Assembly: GCA_951406725.2 (NCBI GenBank)
Contig: OX597816.1
Span: 48,174,001-48,238,000 of the forward strand
Direction of reading: 5' to 3'
From: Octopus vulgaris
Lineage: Eukaryota
Length of the DNA: 64,000 bases
Shown here: piece after piece, positions 30,011 through 42,479 of the stretch
Position numbering within the stretch: the first letter of the stretch is position 1
How the letters are laid out: each line of letters begins with the position of its first letter
Translations under genes and position numbers: made by a program
The notes under the pieces: generated by a model
Databases searched by the model: none
What the model was told of the DNA's origin: nothing
What the model saw: the letters and a program-made list of their open reading frames with translations, nothing else

Positions 30011-31171
30011 TGATTAAGAAAAATAGTTTTCTGAAAATACATCAGTACTTTCACTTTTTTTAAAGATAGTAGGGTAAATGCATTTACCAGCTTTGGTCAA
30101 TTCAATGCTATGAAAGAGGATAGTGGCACCATGTGTTACACTGTAAATCAGACCAAACCTGGAACCCAAAGCAAATTTTTTAACCACCCAGCCAATGAAA
30201 TGCTATTTTGAAAATGCTCCATATGAATCAATACAATCTAATTAGAAGTGAAAAGCAAATAGGGATATTGTTCACTGTGCAGCCATCTTCTTCTCCATTA
30301 CATAATTGGAAACAAACATATGACCCAATATTAACGAAAATGCTGATAATGAAGAAAAACCAAAGAAAAAAATTTGCTCTACATAGATTTTTACTATTCA
30401 AATGTATTTTGCTCTATCAGTATTAGAAATACATTTTTTTTTTTCTCTCTGCTAAGTAACAATTTGTGGATGGCTGTACATTGCATTCTTATTTCTTGCT
30501 TTGTTTTTTTTTGTTTTTTTTAAACTTTTTTTTATTATTTTTTAGTTTTTTTTTGGTAAATGCTTTCATTTTTACTTTGTCTAGAATGATTGACAGAAAA
30601 ATTTAGACATCTTAGCTTCAATAGTTTTTGAGGTACCAGATAGAAAACTCAATGAAGCAATCAATGAAGCAATCAGACTAGTTGGTCAAAGCCAGAAGCA
30701 CTGCAATTTTTTTTTTTCTCTCGTGGTTGGTGAATGTGGGTTGAATCATGGCGCTTCACAATAAATGAGACTGATTTTTATTAAAGAAAGACACAGATAT
30801 GGCTGTATGGTAAAAAAGTTTCATTCATAACCATGTGGTTTTGGTTATGTTCTTGTTGTGTAGTACCATGGGTTAGTGTCTTCTACTGTTGTCTTTAGCT
30901 CACCACTGCTTGTGAGTGAAACTATCACATGGGTTCTGCATGAAAGATTGTTGTGTGTCTGTGTAATAACGATAATAATAATATCAATAATTTGGGGAAA
31001 CAAATTTCCAAATCAATCAGGTGCAACCCTTCAGGATTATATGCATCTACATTTTGTACTTTGGGGTCTTATTTATCATATATTTATACATTTATCTATA
31101 AATATACAAAGTATCTGATAAAAAGTCAATATTAATTCAATTTTGGGGGATTAATCGATATGAGGGTATTC

Positions 31172-31973
31172 TATTTCAAATAATACAAAAATAACCTAAT
31201 GAGTATATCTGACACTAAACTCATGCTATCAGTTTGTACATCACGAAATAATACTTAAAGGATATAATCAAAATTACCAGCAGGGTATATAATATACTTC
31301 ATTAATTATATCCTACTTCAGTTAATACTTATATTTATTAAATATGAAGGAAGTACACATGTTTCAGTATTGGAAGATTACAATATATATACACATTCAT
31401 ATATGTATTTGAATTTTTCTTGCTATATATCACATTTAAACAGAGACATTTTTATTCTGATGTTTAATCTTATATCTCACATTTTGTATTTGACATATAC
31501 TTGGTTTTACCTGATTGATATATATACTAATTCATATTTATAATGTATAATTTATAAATTTTAATTCTTAATATTACTATGTATAATTTTTATTCTTAAT
31601 TTTTAATCTTTAATGCGTAATTTTATTGCTTATTTTTAAAGAGATGTAAAATTAGATATATAATACTTTAAAATAGAACCTGAAGTTGTGTTGGAATAAT
31701 TGTAAACCTGACGATTGCATATATGTATTTATATATGTATATATATATATATAGGTATACATTTGTAATCTTCCAATACTAAAATACTTGTAGTTCCTTC
31801 ATATTTAATATATATAAGTATTAACTGAAGTAGGATATAATTAAGGAAGTATATTATATACCCTGCTGGTTATTTTGGTTATATCCTTTAAGTATTATTT
31901 TGTGATGTGCAAACTGATACCATGAGTTTACTGTCAGATATACTAATTAGGTTATTTTGTATCATCTGAGATA
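31172..31973. mobile_element. Fold-back element with ~220-bp inverted arms
   Basis: 31172-~31390 is the reverse complement of ~31750-31973 (e.g. CCAGCAGGGTATATAATATACTTC / GAAGTATATTATATACCCTGCTGG). AT-rich ~360-bp spacer. Confidence 0.88.
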
Positions 31974-31988
31974 ATAATAATAATGATG

Positions 31989-32021
<33 letters not shown>

Positions 32022-32290
32022 TATATATATATATAATCGAAGTGTACAGTGTTATATATCTATTATGGCCAATTTTACTAATTGGTTTTGCATGACGGGT
32101 TCAATGGAGTGTTAGATAACAGTCTGATTATGTAACTCTGTGCTCTTCAGAGGTAGCTGTTATGGAATGAAATATGGTGACTGTACACTTCGATTAATAT
32201 ATCTACTCTACTGACAGATATATGAATGTATATTCCCCTGACTTATGGACTATTAAATAGCTTACCCCCCCCCCCATACACCCACTCTTC

Positions 32291-32403
32291 AACAAGGAAA
32301 ATATTGTTAGTGCTTTCAAAGTTTTGACCAGCGAAGCCATTGACAGTCCGATGATGGGTTAGCTGGCCAAAACTTCAAAGTCACTGTCAATACTATTCTT
32401 GTT
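32291..32403 (+). mobile_element. Short fold-back containing a hammerhead motif (32341-32389)
   Basis: TGACAGT-CCGATGA-T-GGGTTAGCTGGCC-AAAA-CTT CA AAG-TC-ACTGTCA; 32291-32340 is an inverted truncated copy. Confidence 0.7.
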
Positions 32404-32510
32404 AAAGAACAACAAATTTGGACTCTACCAAATGTACTGAGCTTAATTTAAAAAAATTTTTATTATAATATAGAGACAAACTATTATTTTATCATAAGAT
32501 AGAAACAAAC

Positions 32511-32558
<48 letters not shown>

Positions 32559-32924
32559 GATGTCATAAAAATTTGTAAATTTTGACAGAATGTGAAATAA
32601 CTTTTGTTTTGAAGTGGTGCGTGTTGAAACAGATACAGCTATAAATAAGCACTTGTAACTATTTGACTTTTTCTATCCTGAGGGTTTTTTTAAAATCTAA
32701 TATTCACATGGTATTATTTATAGCTTTATCTGCTTTGAGATTCAGTGTTTGAAAAGCAAAAAAAAAAAAAAACTCTACACAGGGGCAGCAAAAATTCATA
32801 CACAAAATAAGTTCAATATGCTCTGGAATTGTCTAAAATAGAATAAAATATATATAATAATGATGAATACACATGGACTTGTACATGATGAACAAAATAA
32901 ATAAATAGATAAATAATAATAATA

Positions 32925-33125
32925 ATGGTTTCAAATTTTGCCACAAGGGCAGCGATTTGGGGGGAAGGGACCAGTCAATTGTTCAACTGGTACTTATTTC
33001 ATTGACCCCTGATAGGATGAAAGGGAAAGTCAACCTTGGTGGAATTTGAACTCAGAATGTAGCAACAAGCAAAATACCACTAAGCATTTTGCCTGGAATA
33101 CTAACAATTCTACCAGCTCACCAAC
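32925..33125 (-). mobile_element. SINE family A (tail variant B)
   Basis: GGATGAAAGGGAAAGTCAACCTTGGTGGAATTTGAACTCAG; tail side TTTTGCCACAAGGGC with (AAT)n. Confidence 0.82.
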
Positions 33126-33216
33126 TTAATAATAATAATAATAATAATAACAATAATAAAAATAATAATAACAATAATAATAATAATAATAACAACAACA
33201 TCAACAATAATAACAA

Positions 33217-33960
33217 CTAGAAAAGCACTCAGAGAGTGCAGACCTCCGCCAAGCAACTCATTTTCACTCATATATACGCATGCTGAAAGTTACCCAATTT
33301 CGCAAACCAACGCCAGCAAAAACATAACCTGCTTGGCGCTGGTAAAAAAAATCCCAAAAAAACGCAGCCATATGATTTTAAGAAAAACATCCCTTTAAAA
33401 ACAGGAATCATCTGAAGCAGTTCCCAACCACCAACATCATCAGCAGCATTGTCATTGCTTCCACTTCAACCACATAAACTGCTATCAGTGTTATCATGAT
33501 GGTTACCTTGACAGTCGCTTTCACCACCACAACCAGTATAACCACTGCAATACCACCATCACACAACTAACACTATCATCAACACCACTATTACCACCAT
33601 CATCTCAGCATCACACATCACACCGCTCCTGTTGCCATTATAACCACTGATACTATTTTATCCTTCTCCCATACTTATCTTGACCATCGTCATCATCAAC
33701 GCTGTCCCTAAACAGCAATGCCACCATAGGTTACGTGGAAATGATGTGTTTTCAAGTGAGATAATCAAAGAAAGAAACCATAAAAATTCCCGGATCACTA
33801 CCAAAATTTCGTCATCTGTTCCTTGTGTCATTACTAAGTTTTCCTGCAAGTTTCATCATATACCATTCACAGCTCTTTGAATTATTTTGCACACAGACGG
33901 ACAGACAGACAAACCAACACCAATGAGAAACATAACCTCCTTCCTTGGTGGAGGTAATAA
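33217..33960. mobile_element. Helentron-type non-autonomous element (HINE/DINE-like) inserted in (AAT)n
   Basis: Starts CTAGAAAAGCACTCAGAGAG; subterminal inverted repeats ACCTCCGCCAAG (33242-53) and CTTGGTGGAGGT (33944-55); terminal hairpin ACCTCC...GGAGGT; (GACA)n tract near the end. Confidence 0.65.
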
Positions 33961-33979
33961 TAATAATAATAATAATAAT

Positions 33980-34165
33980 ATTTGAGGGAGGGGAAAATGT
34001 CAATCACATCAACCCCAGTGCTTGACTGGTACTTAATTTATTGACCCTGAAAGGATGAAAGGCGAAGTCGACCTTGGTAGAATTTGAACTCAGGACATAA
34101 AGACAAACAAAATACTGCTAAAACTTTCGCCTGGTGTGCTAACGATTCTGCCAGCTCACCACCTT
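33980..34165 (-). mobile_element. SINE family A
   Basis: GGATGAAAGGCGAAGTCGACCTTGG...ACGATTCTGCCAGCTC. Confidence 0.85.
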
Positions 34166-34187
34166 AGTAGTAGTGGTAGTAGTAGTG

Positions 34188-34225
<38 letters not shown>

Positions 34226-34229
<4 letters not shown>

Positions 34230-34400
34230 GTCAATATGAAGAGCGCAATGCGATTGCAATAGATAATTTATTGGTTTGAACAATATTTCGACAGCTTGCC
34301 TGCCTTTATCTAGTTCAAAATGAAAAGTGATATATAGAATTATCGTTCAAACCAATAAAATATCTATTGCAATTGCATCACGCACTTCGTATTGTCTATT
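34226..34400. mobile_element. Fold-back (64-bp arms) containing a minus-strand hammerhead motif (34276-34318)
   Basis: Arms 34226-34289 and 34337-34400. Minus strand TTGAAC-TAGATAA-A-GGCAG GCAAG CTGTC-GAAA-T-ATT-GTTCAA has a perfect 6-bp stem I. Confidence 0.75.
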
Positions 34401-34434
34401 TACCTTTGTTAATAATAATAATAATAATAATCGT

Positions 34435-34850
34435 TTCTATTATAGAATAAGGCCTGAAATTTGGGGGAGGGGAATAGTCGATTACATTGGCCCCAGTACT
34501 CAACTGGTACTTATTTTATCGACCATAAAAGGATGAAAGGTAAAGTCAACTCAGCAGAATTTGAACTCAGAATGCAAAGATGGGTGAAATGCCGCTAAGC
34601 ATTTTTGCTCAGCGGGCTAACGTTTCTTATTTCTTTATTGCTCACAAGGAGCTAAACATAGAGGGGACAAACAAGGACAGACAAAGGGATGAAGTCGATT
34701 ACATCGACCCCAGTGTGTAACTGGTACTTAATTTATCGACCCCGAAAAGGATGAAAGGCAAAGTCGACCTTGGTAGAATTTTAACTCAGAACATAAAGAC
34801 AGATGAAATACCGCTAAGCACTTCACGTGATGTGCTAATGTTTCTGTCGC
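34435..34850 (-). mobile_element. Two tandem SINE family A copies (tail variants B and A)
   Basis: The central domain occurs twice (about 34500-34575 and 34720-34790). Confidence 0.85.
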
Positions 34851-35169
34851 CTCTAATAATAATAATGTGAAATGTTTTGGTACCTAACTTTTATCCTACC
34901 CTATATATATATATGTATGTATATGTATATAGATTAGAGAAGAACCACCATGTAGCAATTCAACAATGATATACTTAAATCATACCATATAGAAAAAAAT
35001 TAAAGATACGATAAAACATTTACCTAGAACTAAATAAAGTGGCTCTTCTCTAATTTATATACATGTATTATATATTGTGAAATTTGATTTAGTATTACTA
35101 AACTGAATTTTTCCCTGTAAGTTTGGAATCATATTTCCTAATATTATTATTATTATTGTTATTATCATT

Positions 35170-35320
35170 ATTTGGCATTAGGAAGAGCATCCTGGCGCTA
35201 GGAAGGGCATCCAGCTGTAGAAACACTGCCAGATCAGACTGGGGCCTGGTGCAGCCTTCTGGCTTCCCAGACCAACCCATGCTAGCATGGAAAACGGACA
35301 TTAAATGATGATGATGATTA
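35170..35320 (+). mobile_element. Family C (RTE-type 3' end)
   Basis: AGGAAGGGCATCCAGCTGTAGAAACACTGCCAGATCAGAC...ATTAAATGATGATGATG. Confidence 0.85.
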
Positions 35321-35324
35321 TTAT

Positions 35325-35377
<53 letters not shown>

Positions 35378-37074
35378 TGTATGTTTGTGCCTTTCCAGTT
35401 GGGTCATGATAGAGTGTGAAAGAAATGTCACCATTTAGGCATTGTTGTCATCATTTTCACCCTTTGTAAAAGCTTCTGTGCCTGTTGAGTGGTTCATGTG
35501 AAAGAACAAGGTAATCAAAACTTTGCTTGGAAACAAGTAAGGATTAGTGAGAGGATGGTCATCCTGCCTTAGAATACTGCTTCAAGAAATTTCGTTGAAA
35601 CCATGCCAGATCATGGATGACATGGATGTATGAACGGTACTGCACCAGGTATTAAGAACATCAACATTCATTTCAAAGCATCCCATTTAGGTCGATGAAT
35701 CTATTTCAAGCTCCTTAGCTATTGCAATCACTGGATACCGAGTGAGACAATACTGAAATGACTGTGGGTGTCATAGATTCCTTATAGAAATTCAGTAGGA
35801 ATTATCTATTGAATGCATGCAATGGCTGCCAGGCTCAAACAAATTGTATAATTTACACAAAGTGGTGTTGTAGAATAAACAAACTTTTAGTCCAGTTCAA
35901 ATATGTCTGGGACATATCTGACCTGTAAAAAGGTCGTTTTTATTGCAGCTTTCTGTGGAGGTTTGCAGGGATATTCTACCCTATGTAATTATGTCTCTTC
36001 ATTTCTGAGTTCAAATTCTGCCAAGGTCAACTTTGACGTTCGTAACCACCGCCGAGAGTAAGTGCTAACTTCTCTTTAAAAAATTGGCCTTGCATCAAGT
36101 TAAAGAATTCCTTATTGAAAAAAGAGATAAATACTTTTTTTCCCCCACTTCAGTATTGTAGCTAATTGTTTGGTTTGTCTTCATATGAGTTTTATTCATC
36201 ACTAGTGTTGGTGGTGGTGGTGGTGGAGAATTATCTTTTTTTAGCCTCAGGGATGTAGTATTTGGAAGTTTCTGGAATTTATAACTTTCTCTGAATAAAT
36301 AGCAGAATGAATTAAATAACAATATCATCATCATCATCATTTAATGTCCAACCTATGTCATGCTCATATAGACTGAATGGTTCAATAAGAACTGATGAAC
36401 CAGAGGGCTATGCTGAGCTTCATTCTTTATTTTGGCATAGTTTCTTCATTTGAATGCTCTTCCTAATGCCAACGACTTTATAGAGTATATTGGGTCCTTT
36501 TTTTGCACATTTTCCATTCTTGTATGGGTTGGATGAGACTTTCTGAGTTGGTATTCTTGGAATGGTGCCTTTCCTGATACCAACCTTAACTTGTTTTTCA
36601 AGAACTTTATTCCTTGTCTTCATACATCAAACTGCTGCCAGACATAAGCATCATGCCTAAGGCAGTGTCATAGCAAAGACATGCAAATAAGCACACATTT
36701 ATATACAAATATGTGCACGCACACACACACTCACACATGAAATATAAGATAACCTGAAGTTCCTCACAATGGTATCAAACTTGAAACCACCCGGTTACAA
36801 AGCAAACTCCTGCACTAACTGTACAACTTTGCTTGTACCTGAGATTCAAACATGAAATGCAGAACTTGTTTCCTTGGTCAATCTAGGACAGTGATTTGTA
36901 ACCATTTTTTGCTTATGGACCCCTTTGTTTCCTATTTTACTTGGATGGCCTCTCATAACCATTCAGTGTTTAAAAAATCCTATTGTATTTTTAGAATTAA
37001 GTTTATTAGAAATTGTATTAAAAAAGCCGGCAGGTGTATGTCTCAGGCTTCGGCTGTGCTGCAGCACCTTAAAA

Positions 37075-37480
37075 AAACTACAGAAACGTTAGCATGCCGG
37101 GTGAAATGCTTAACGGTATTTCGTCTGCCATTATGTTCTCAGTTCAAATTGTGTCGAGGTTGACTTTACCTTTCATCCTTTCAGGGTCGATTAGATAAGT
37201 TCCAGTTATGCACTGGGGTCGATATAATCGATTTAATCCGTTTGTCCTTGTTTGTCCTCTCTGTGTTTAGCCCCTTGTGGGTAGTAAAGAAATAGGTATT
37301 TTGTCTGCCGTTATGTTCTGAGTTCAAATTCCGCTGAGGTCGACTTTGCCTTTCATCCTTTTGGGGTCGATAAATTAAATACCAGTTATGCACTGGGGTC
37401 GATCTAATCAGCTTAATCCCTTTGTCTGTCCTTGTTTGTCCCCTCTATGTTTAGTCCCTTGTGGGCAATAAAGAAATAAG
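37075..37480 (+). mobile_element. Tandem dimer of SINE family A
   Basis: The first copy ends GTAGTAAAGAAATAG at about 37295; a second 5'-truncated copy follows directly. Confidence 0.88.
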
Positions 37481-38391
37481 AAATTGTATTAAAAGAAATT
37501 AATATATTTTGTATATTATAGAAGTTAAAAATTAATTTATTGTACATAATTTTTAACAACAAAATATTACATGCCCACCATCCCTGAGTCATATGGACCC
37601 TGGTTGAGAACCATGATCTAGGAGAACCTATGAAGTTCATGGGCTTTTCTTTTTCTCATTTTCCTTCTATTTGACTTCTGACCGGGTTATTATTTAAAAA
37701 AGGAATTTTCTAAAGATGTGACAATACTTGCACTTTTTTTTAAGTTAGTAGGGTGAAGTTAGAGGGAAATTAGATTGCTATTTCTAGCAGTTTGAGCAAT
37801 CACTTATGAAGGCAGACCTCAGGCTGTATAACATAAATTAACTGGTGATCTGGAAGAAATAAAAGAACAATTGGTAACATTGTTAGAGTGTAGAACAAAA
37901 AGCGATGTTATTTAGTTATGGTCCTGTATGTCCTGAGTTCAATTCCTGCCTAAGTCAATATTGCATTTCTTCCTTTCGGGGCTGTAAAATAAAGTATTAG
38001 TTGAGTCTTGGGATCAATTTATATTCCTATAAAGCATGTTAAACAACAGAATTCTATTAGTGTTGTGTTTTTAAATTTGCCATATGTATGGATTGAGAGA
38101 AGGATATTTGTCACTCCCACTCATTTTCCACTGCATGCATGGATGAGATGGTTTGTTTGTTCCATTCCTTTTCTGCAGTGAACCATTCAACCATGACAAA
38201 AATTAAAAAGCAAGTAGTTTTATGTGCTTGACCTAGAATTATAACACAATGGTTAATTGTGATATCAACTCATGCGAGACAGCCTGTATATGATAAAACA
38301 AAACGAGAAATACATTCTCTCTTTTTGTAGTGTTCATATTTAAGTTTTAAAAATGTCTGTTATTTCTTCTGGGAATCTTTTGTTATGTGAA

Positions 38392-38595
38392 GGTATGGGT
38401 ATGTGGTTAAGAAACTCAATTTGCAATGATGGAGTTTTGAGTTCAGTCCTACTGCACAACACCTTCTACTATAGCCCCCAGACAACCAATGACTTGTGAG
38501 TGAATTCGGTTGATGGAAACTGTATGAAAGCCCATTTTATATGTGTGTGTGTACATATATCTATATATGTATGTGTGTATGTATATGTATGTATG

Positions 38596-38644
<49 letters not shown>

Positions 38645-38867
38645 GTATATGTATGTATATATATATGTATGTATGTATGTATATATATATGTATGTATGT
38701 ATATGTATGTATGTATATATATATATATATGTATGTATATATATATATGTATGTATGTATATATATATATGTATGTATGTATATATATATATATGTATGT
38801 ATGTATATATATATATATGTATGTATATATATATATGTATGTATGTATATATATATATGTATGTATG

Positions 38868-38901
<34 letters not shown>

Positions 38902-39035
38902 TGTATGTATATATATATATGTATGTATGTATATATATATATATATGTATATATATATGTATATATATATATGTATGTATATATATATATATATGTATGT
39001 ATGTATGTATATGTATGTATGTATATGTATATATG

Positions 39036-39066
<31 letters not shown>

Positions 39067-39113
39067 GTATGTATGTATGTATATGTTTCTATATATATAT
39101 ATATATATATATG

Positions 39114-39160
<47 letters not shown>

Positions 39161-39420
39161 GTATATGTATATATATGTATGTATATATATGTATATGTAT
39201 GTATATATATGTATGTATATGTATATATATATATGTATATATATGTCTGTGTGTGCATGTGTATATATGTGTGTCTGTGTCTGTTTTGTCGGACTGGTGT
39301 GGATTTGTTTGCATTCCTGTAACTTGATGGTTCAACAAAAGAGACTAATAGAATAAGTAGTGGGTGAATGGGGGTAATTTGTTTGATTAAAACCTTTTAA
39401 GGTGGTGCCCCAGCATTGCT
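38392..39420 (+). mobile_element. SINE family B with internal linker expanded to ~730 bp of (TA)/(TATG)
   Basis: Head 38392-38535, microsatellite about 38540-39270, family B 3' part from about 39275. Confidence 0.85.
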
Positions 39421-40273
39421 GCTACTTTTGCCACTGTGGGTAATATCAGATAATGTTATAATAATCATAATTTTAATTATAGGTGTAACAATTATAATTT
39501 TCCTTTTTTTAAAAATTTCATGCTCAATCAATACTAATGAAATGAATTATCAATTGTGTCTTTGCAATAAATATATACTATCAATAACATTGATACTGTT
39601 TAACTATCAATTAATTAGTGTTCTAACATTATCTGATGCTACTGACAGTGACAAGAGTATGTTTTCTAAAGGTATCTGTGATATGACAGATGACATCCTA
39701 ATTAGTATATAATAATGAAAGGATCAGTCTTATCTCCCTTTGGAAATGGACAAACTGAAAGATAGAGACACTGCCAACTATATTAATAGATTAATTGAAA
39801 CATGTAGATAGTATCTTTTATTAGAATTGAATGCAAAAGTGTGAGACCTGTGACCATTTGGTCTGCACCTTAGCACATTAACCTCATAGCCATTTTACTT
39901 CTATATTAATTGAAATTTAAAAAGAATTCATCTTCAGCTGTATGACTTTAAAATTCATTGCTACAAATTCATGCACTGAGCCTATGTTCAATTGTTGTTG
40001 AACCCCAGGTCAGTTCTGATTGGGCAAAGTTATGGTCAAAAGCATTCCAGCCACGACCACTCTGTCATTGTTCAAAGTACAGTGCAATAAGATCCATATC
40101 CAATATGTCTTTCTTTCCTTTAATGATTGTGTGTCATTTGAGGGGTATGTAACTGGTGTTTCTAGCAATTCCAGTGAGTAACTGTGTAAAGGTTACTCCA
40201 AGTTAAAATAGTGAGAAATACTTGCTGAAGGCTTTAAATCTAATATCAAAATTAGACAATGGGCAGCTAATTT

Positions 40274-40685
40274 ACTCTTTTACTTGTTTTACTCTTTTAC
40301 AGTCATTTGACTGCAGCCATGCAGGAGCACCGCCTTTAGTCAAGCAAATTGACACCAGGACTTAATCTTTGGAAGCCTAGTACTTATTTTATTGGTCTCT
40401 TTTGCCAAACCGCTAAGTTACGGGGACATAAACACACTAGCATCGGTTGTCAAGTGATGTTGGGAGGACAAACACAGACACACAAACACACACACATATA
40501 TATACATATACATATATACGATGGGCTTCTTTCAGTTTCCGTCTGCCAAATCCACTCACAAGGCTTTGGTTGGCCTGAGGCTACAGTAGAAGACACTTGT
40601 CCAAGGTGCCACGCAGTGGGACTGAACCCGGAACCATGTGGTTGGTAAGCAAGCTACTTACCACAAAGCCACTCCTGCACCTATA
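40274..40685 (-). mobile_element. SINE family B, full-length, well preserved
   Basis: Near-exact reverse complement of 12776-13190. Confidence 0.92.
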
Positions 40686-41824
40686 ATTGTTTATAGTTAT
40701 GAGTCTGTTCTTGCTGATTTGAAAATATCAGGACAGTGTAACTCTTTCCACAAAAGAATGCTATATTAAAATGTATCAACTACATTTGAAAATAATAATG
40801 GCAAAAATGTATCAACTGCATTTGAAAATAATAATGGCAGGAATCTGTTTAGTGAGCTTTTAAAGAAATGACTCCAGGCATATCTTTTATCTTTTACTTC
40901 TGTCAGTCATTGGACTTCAGCCATGTGGGTGGCACTGTTTTGAAGGTTTTATTCAAATAAATCAACATCACTACATTTTTTTTTAAAGCCTGTGACATAT
41001 TGTATCGATATCTTGCTGAACTGTTTAGGTATGGTGGTGTAAACAAACAAACAAACACCAGTGATCTAGTGATGGTTGAAGACAAGCATAATGAAACTTA
41101 CACACACACACACAAACAACACACACATACACACACACACACATCTTCATTTAATGTCTGTTTTCTGTGCTGGCACTGGTCGGATGGTTTGAAAGCTGTT
41201 GGCAAGTCAGAGCGCTGCACCAGGCTTCATTGTCTGATTTGGCCTATTTTCAATGGCGAAATACCTTTCCTAAAGTCAAACATTCTACAGAGTGTACTGG
41301 ACACACAACAGGACTTTTTTTTTTCTTTCACTAAATCTACTTATAAGGCATTGAATGGCTTGGAGCTATAGTAAAAGACATTTACCCAAGGTGTTTTGCA
41401 GTGGAACTGAACCCAAGACCTCATGGTTGGGAAGCAAGCTAGTCAACCACTCAGCCATGCCTGTACCTATTAAAAAATTGGATCTCACTAGAAAATTCAA
41501 AATCACAGGACCAAGACTTGTGAAATTCTACTGTATTGTAGACTGCTCTGTACCAATATAGAACTTCAGATGTAAGCGATACGAATAATAAAGATGAAGA
41601 TAATTATTGTTATTGTGACGGTAGTGGTGATGGTTGGTAATGATTATAAATATTTGGTTTTTAGGATATGGTTGTGATTTGATCAGAAATGACTGACTGT
41701 TGATGTACTTTAATAGTGCATCTACTCTAAATTTTGTAATTGGTTTAGTAGCTTATAGCCAAAACAGTGCCTATCAAGCACTCTTGAATTGATATCTTTA
41801 TTCTAAATGCTTTTATTGATGAAT

Positions 41825-41940
41825 TGGAATAGTATTAATAATTAAATAAATATTGAGTGGCTAGAGGTCAAAGAAGTGAAATTATCAAATATCATTTTTA
41901 TCATTATTTCATCAAAGCCAAAGTCTTTGTTTTTTTTTCC
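41825..41940 (+). repeat. 116-bp direct repeat, copy 1 (copy 2 at 43251-43367)
   Basis: Identical by eye except for one extra T in the terminal poly-T. Confidence 0.93.
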
Positions 41941-42479
41941 GTGTGGTGCTATTAGTAATATGTTGCCATAAGGAAATTGGTTTGTTTTATCAACATACCT
42001 TTTAATAGTACATAGCTTTACACTGCATTTTTCTTCAGTTTGTCTGGTTTCACTAGATGTGGTTTTGATATGGCTGTCTGCCTTACCATTAATAATGAAA
42101 GCTTGTCATTTGCATACCTATACTGACTTGTCTTTAGTCGCCTTGTTCTTTAGTTTCCCACTGGACAGCTTATTAATTGTATTATTTTCATTGATGTTAC
42201 ATGCATAGTGAATCCCAATCATCTTGTCTGCATTAAAATTCTACCATGATAACTGCTCTCCTTTTACTGATCATTTTTCATTTACATTTGTAAAACAAAT
42301 TCTTCACACAACTTCTTTCATACTTTTGATATAAAGATAAGTTTAGAATGTTTGTATGAGAATTCAAATCCTGTTGAGATCAGCTAAGCTTTTCCATCTT
42401 TTCTGGGCTGGTGAGTTGATAAAATAAAAGTTCACTTCCAGGGCAAGTGGTTTAGGAGGATTGTCCGAGTGCCAACAAA

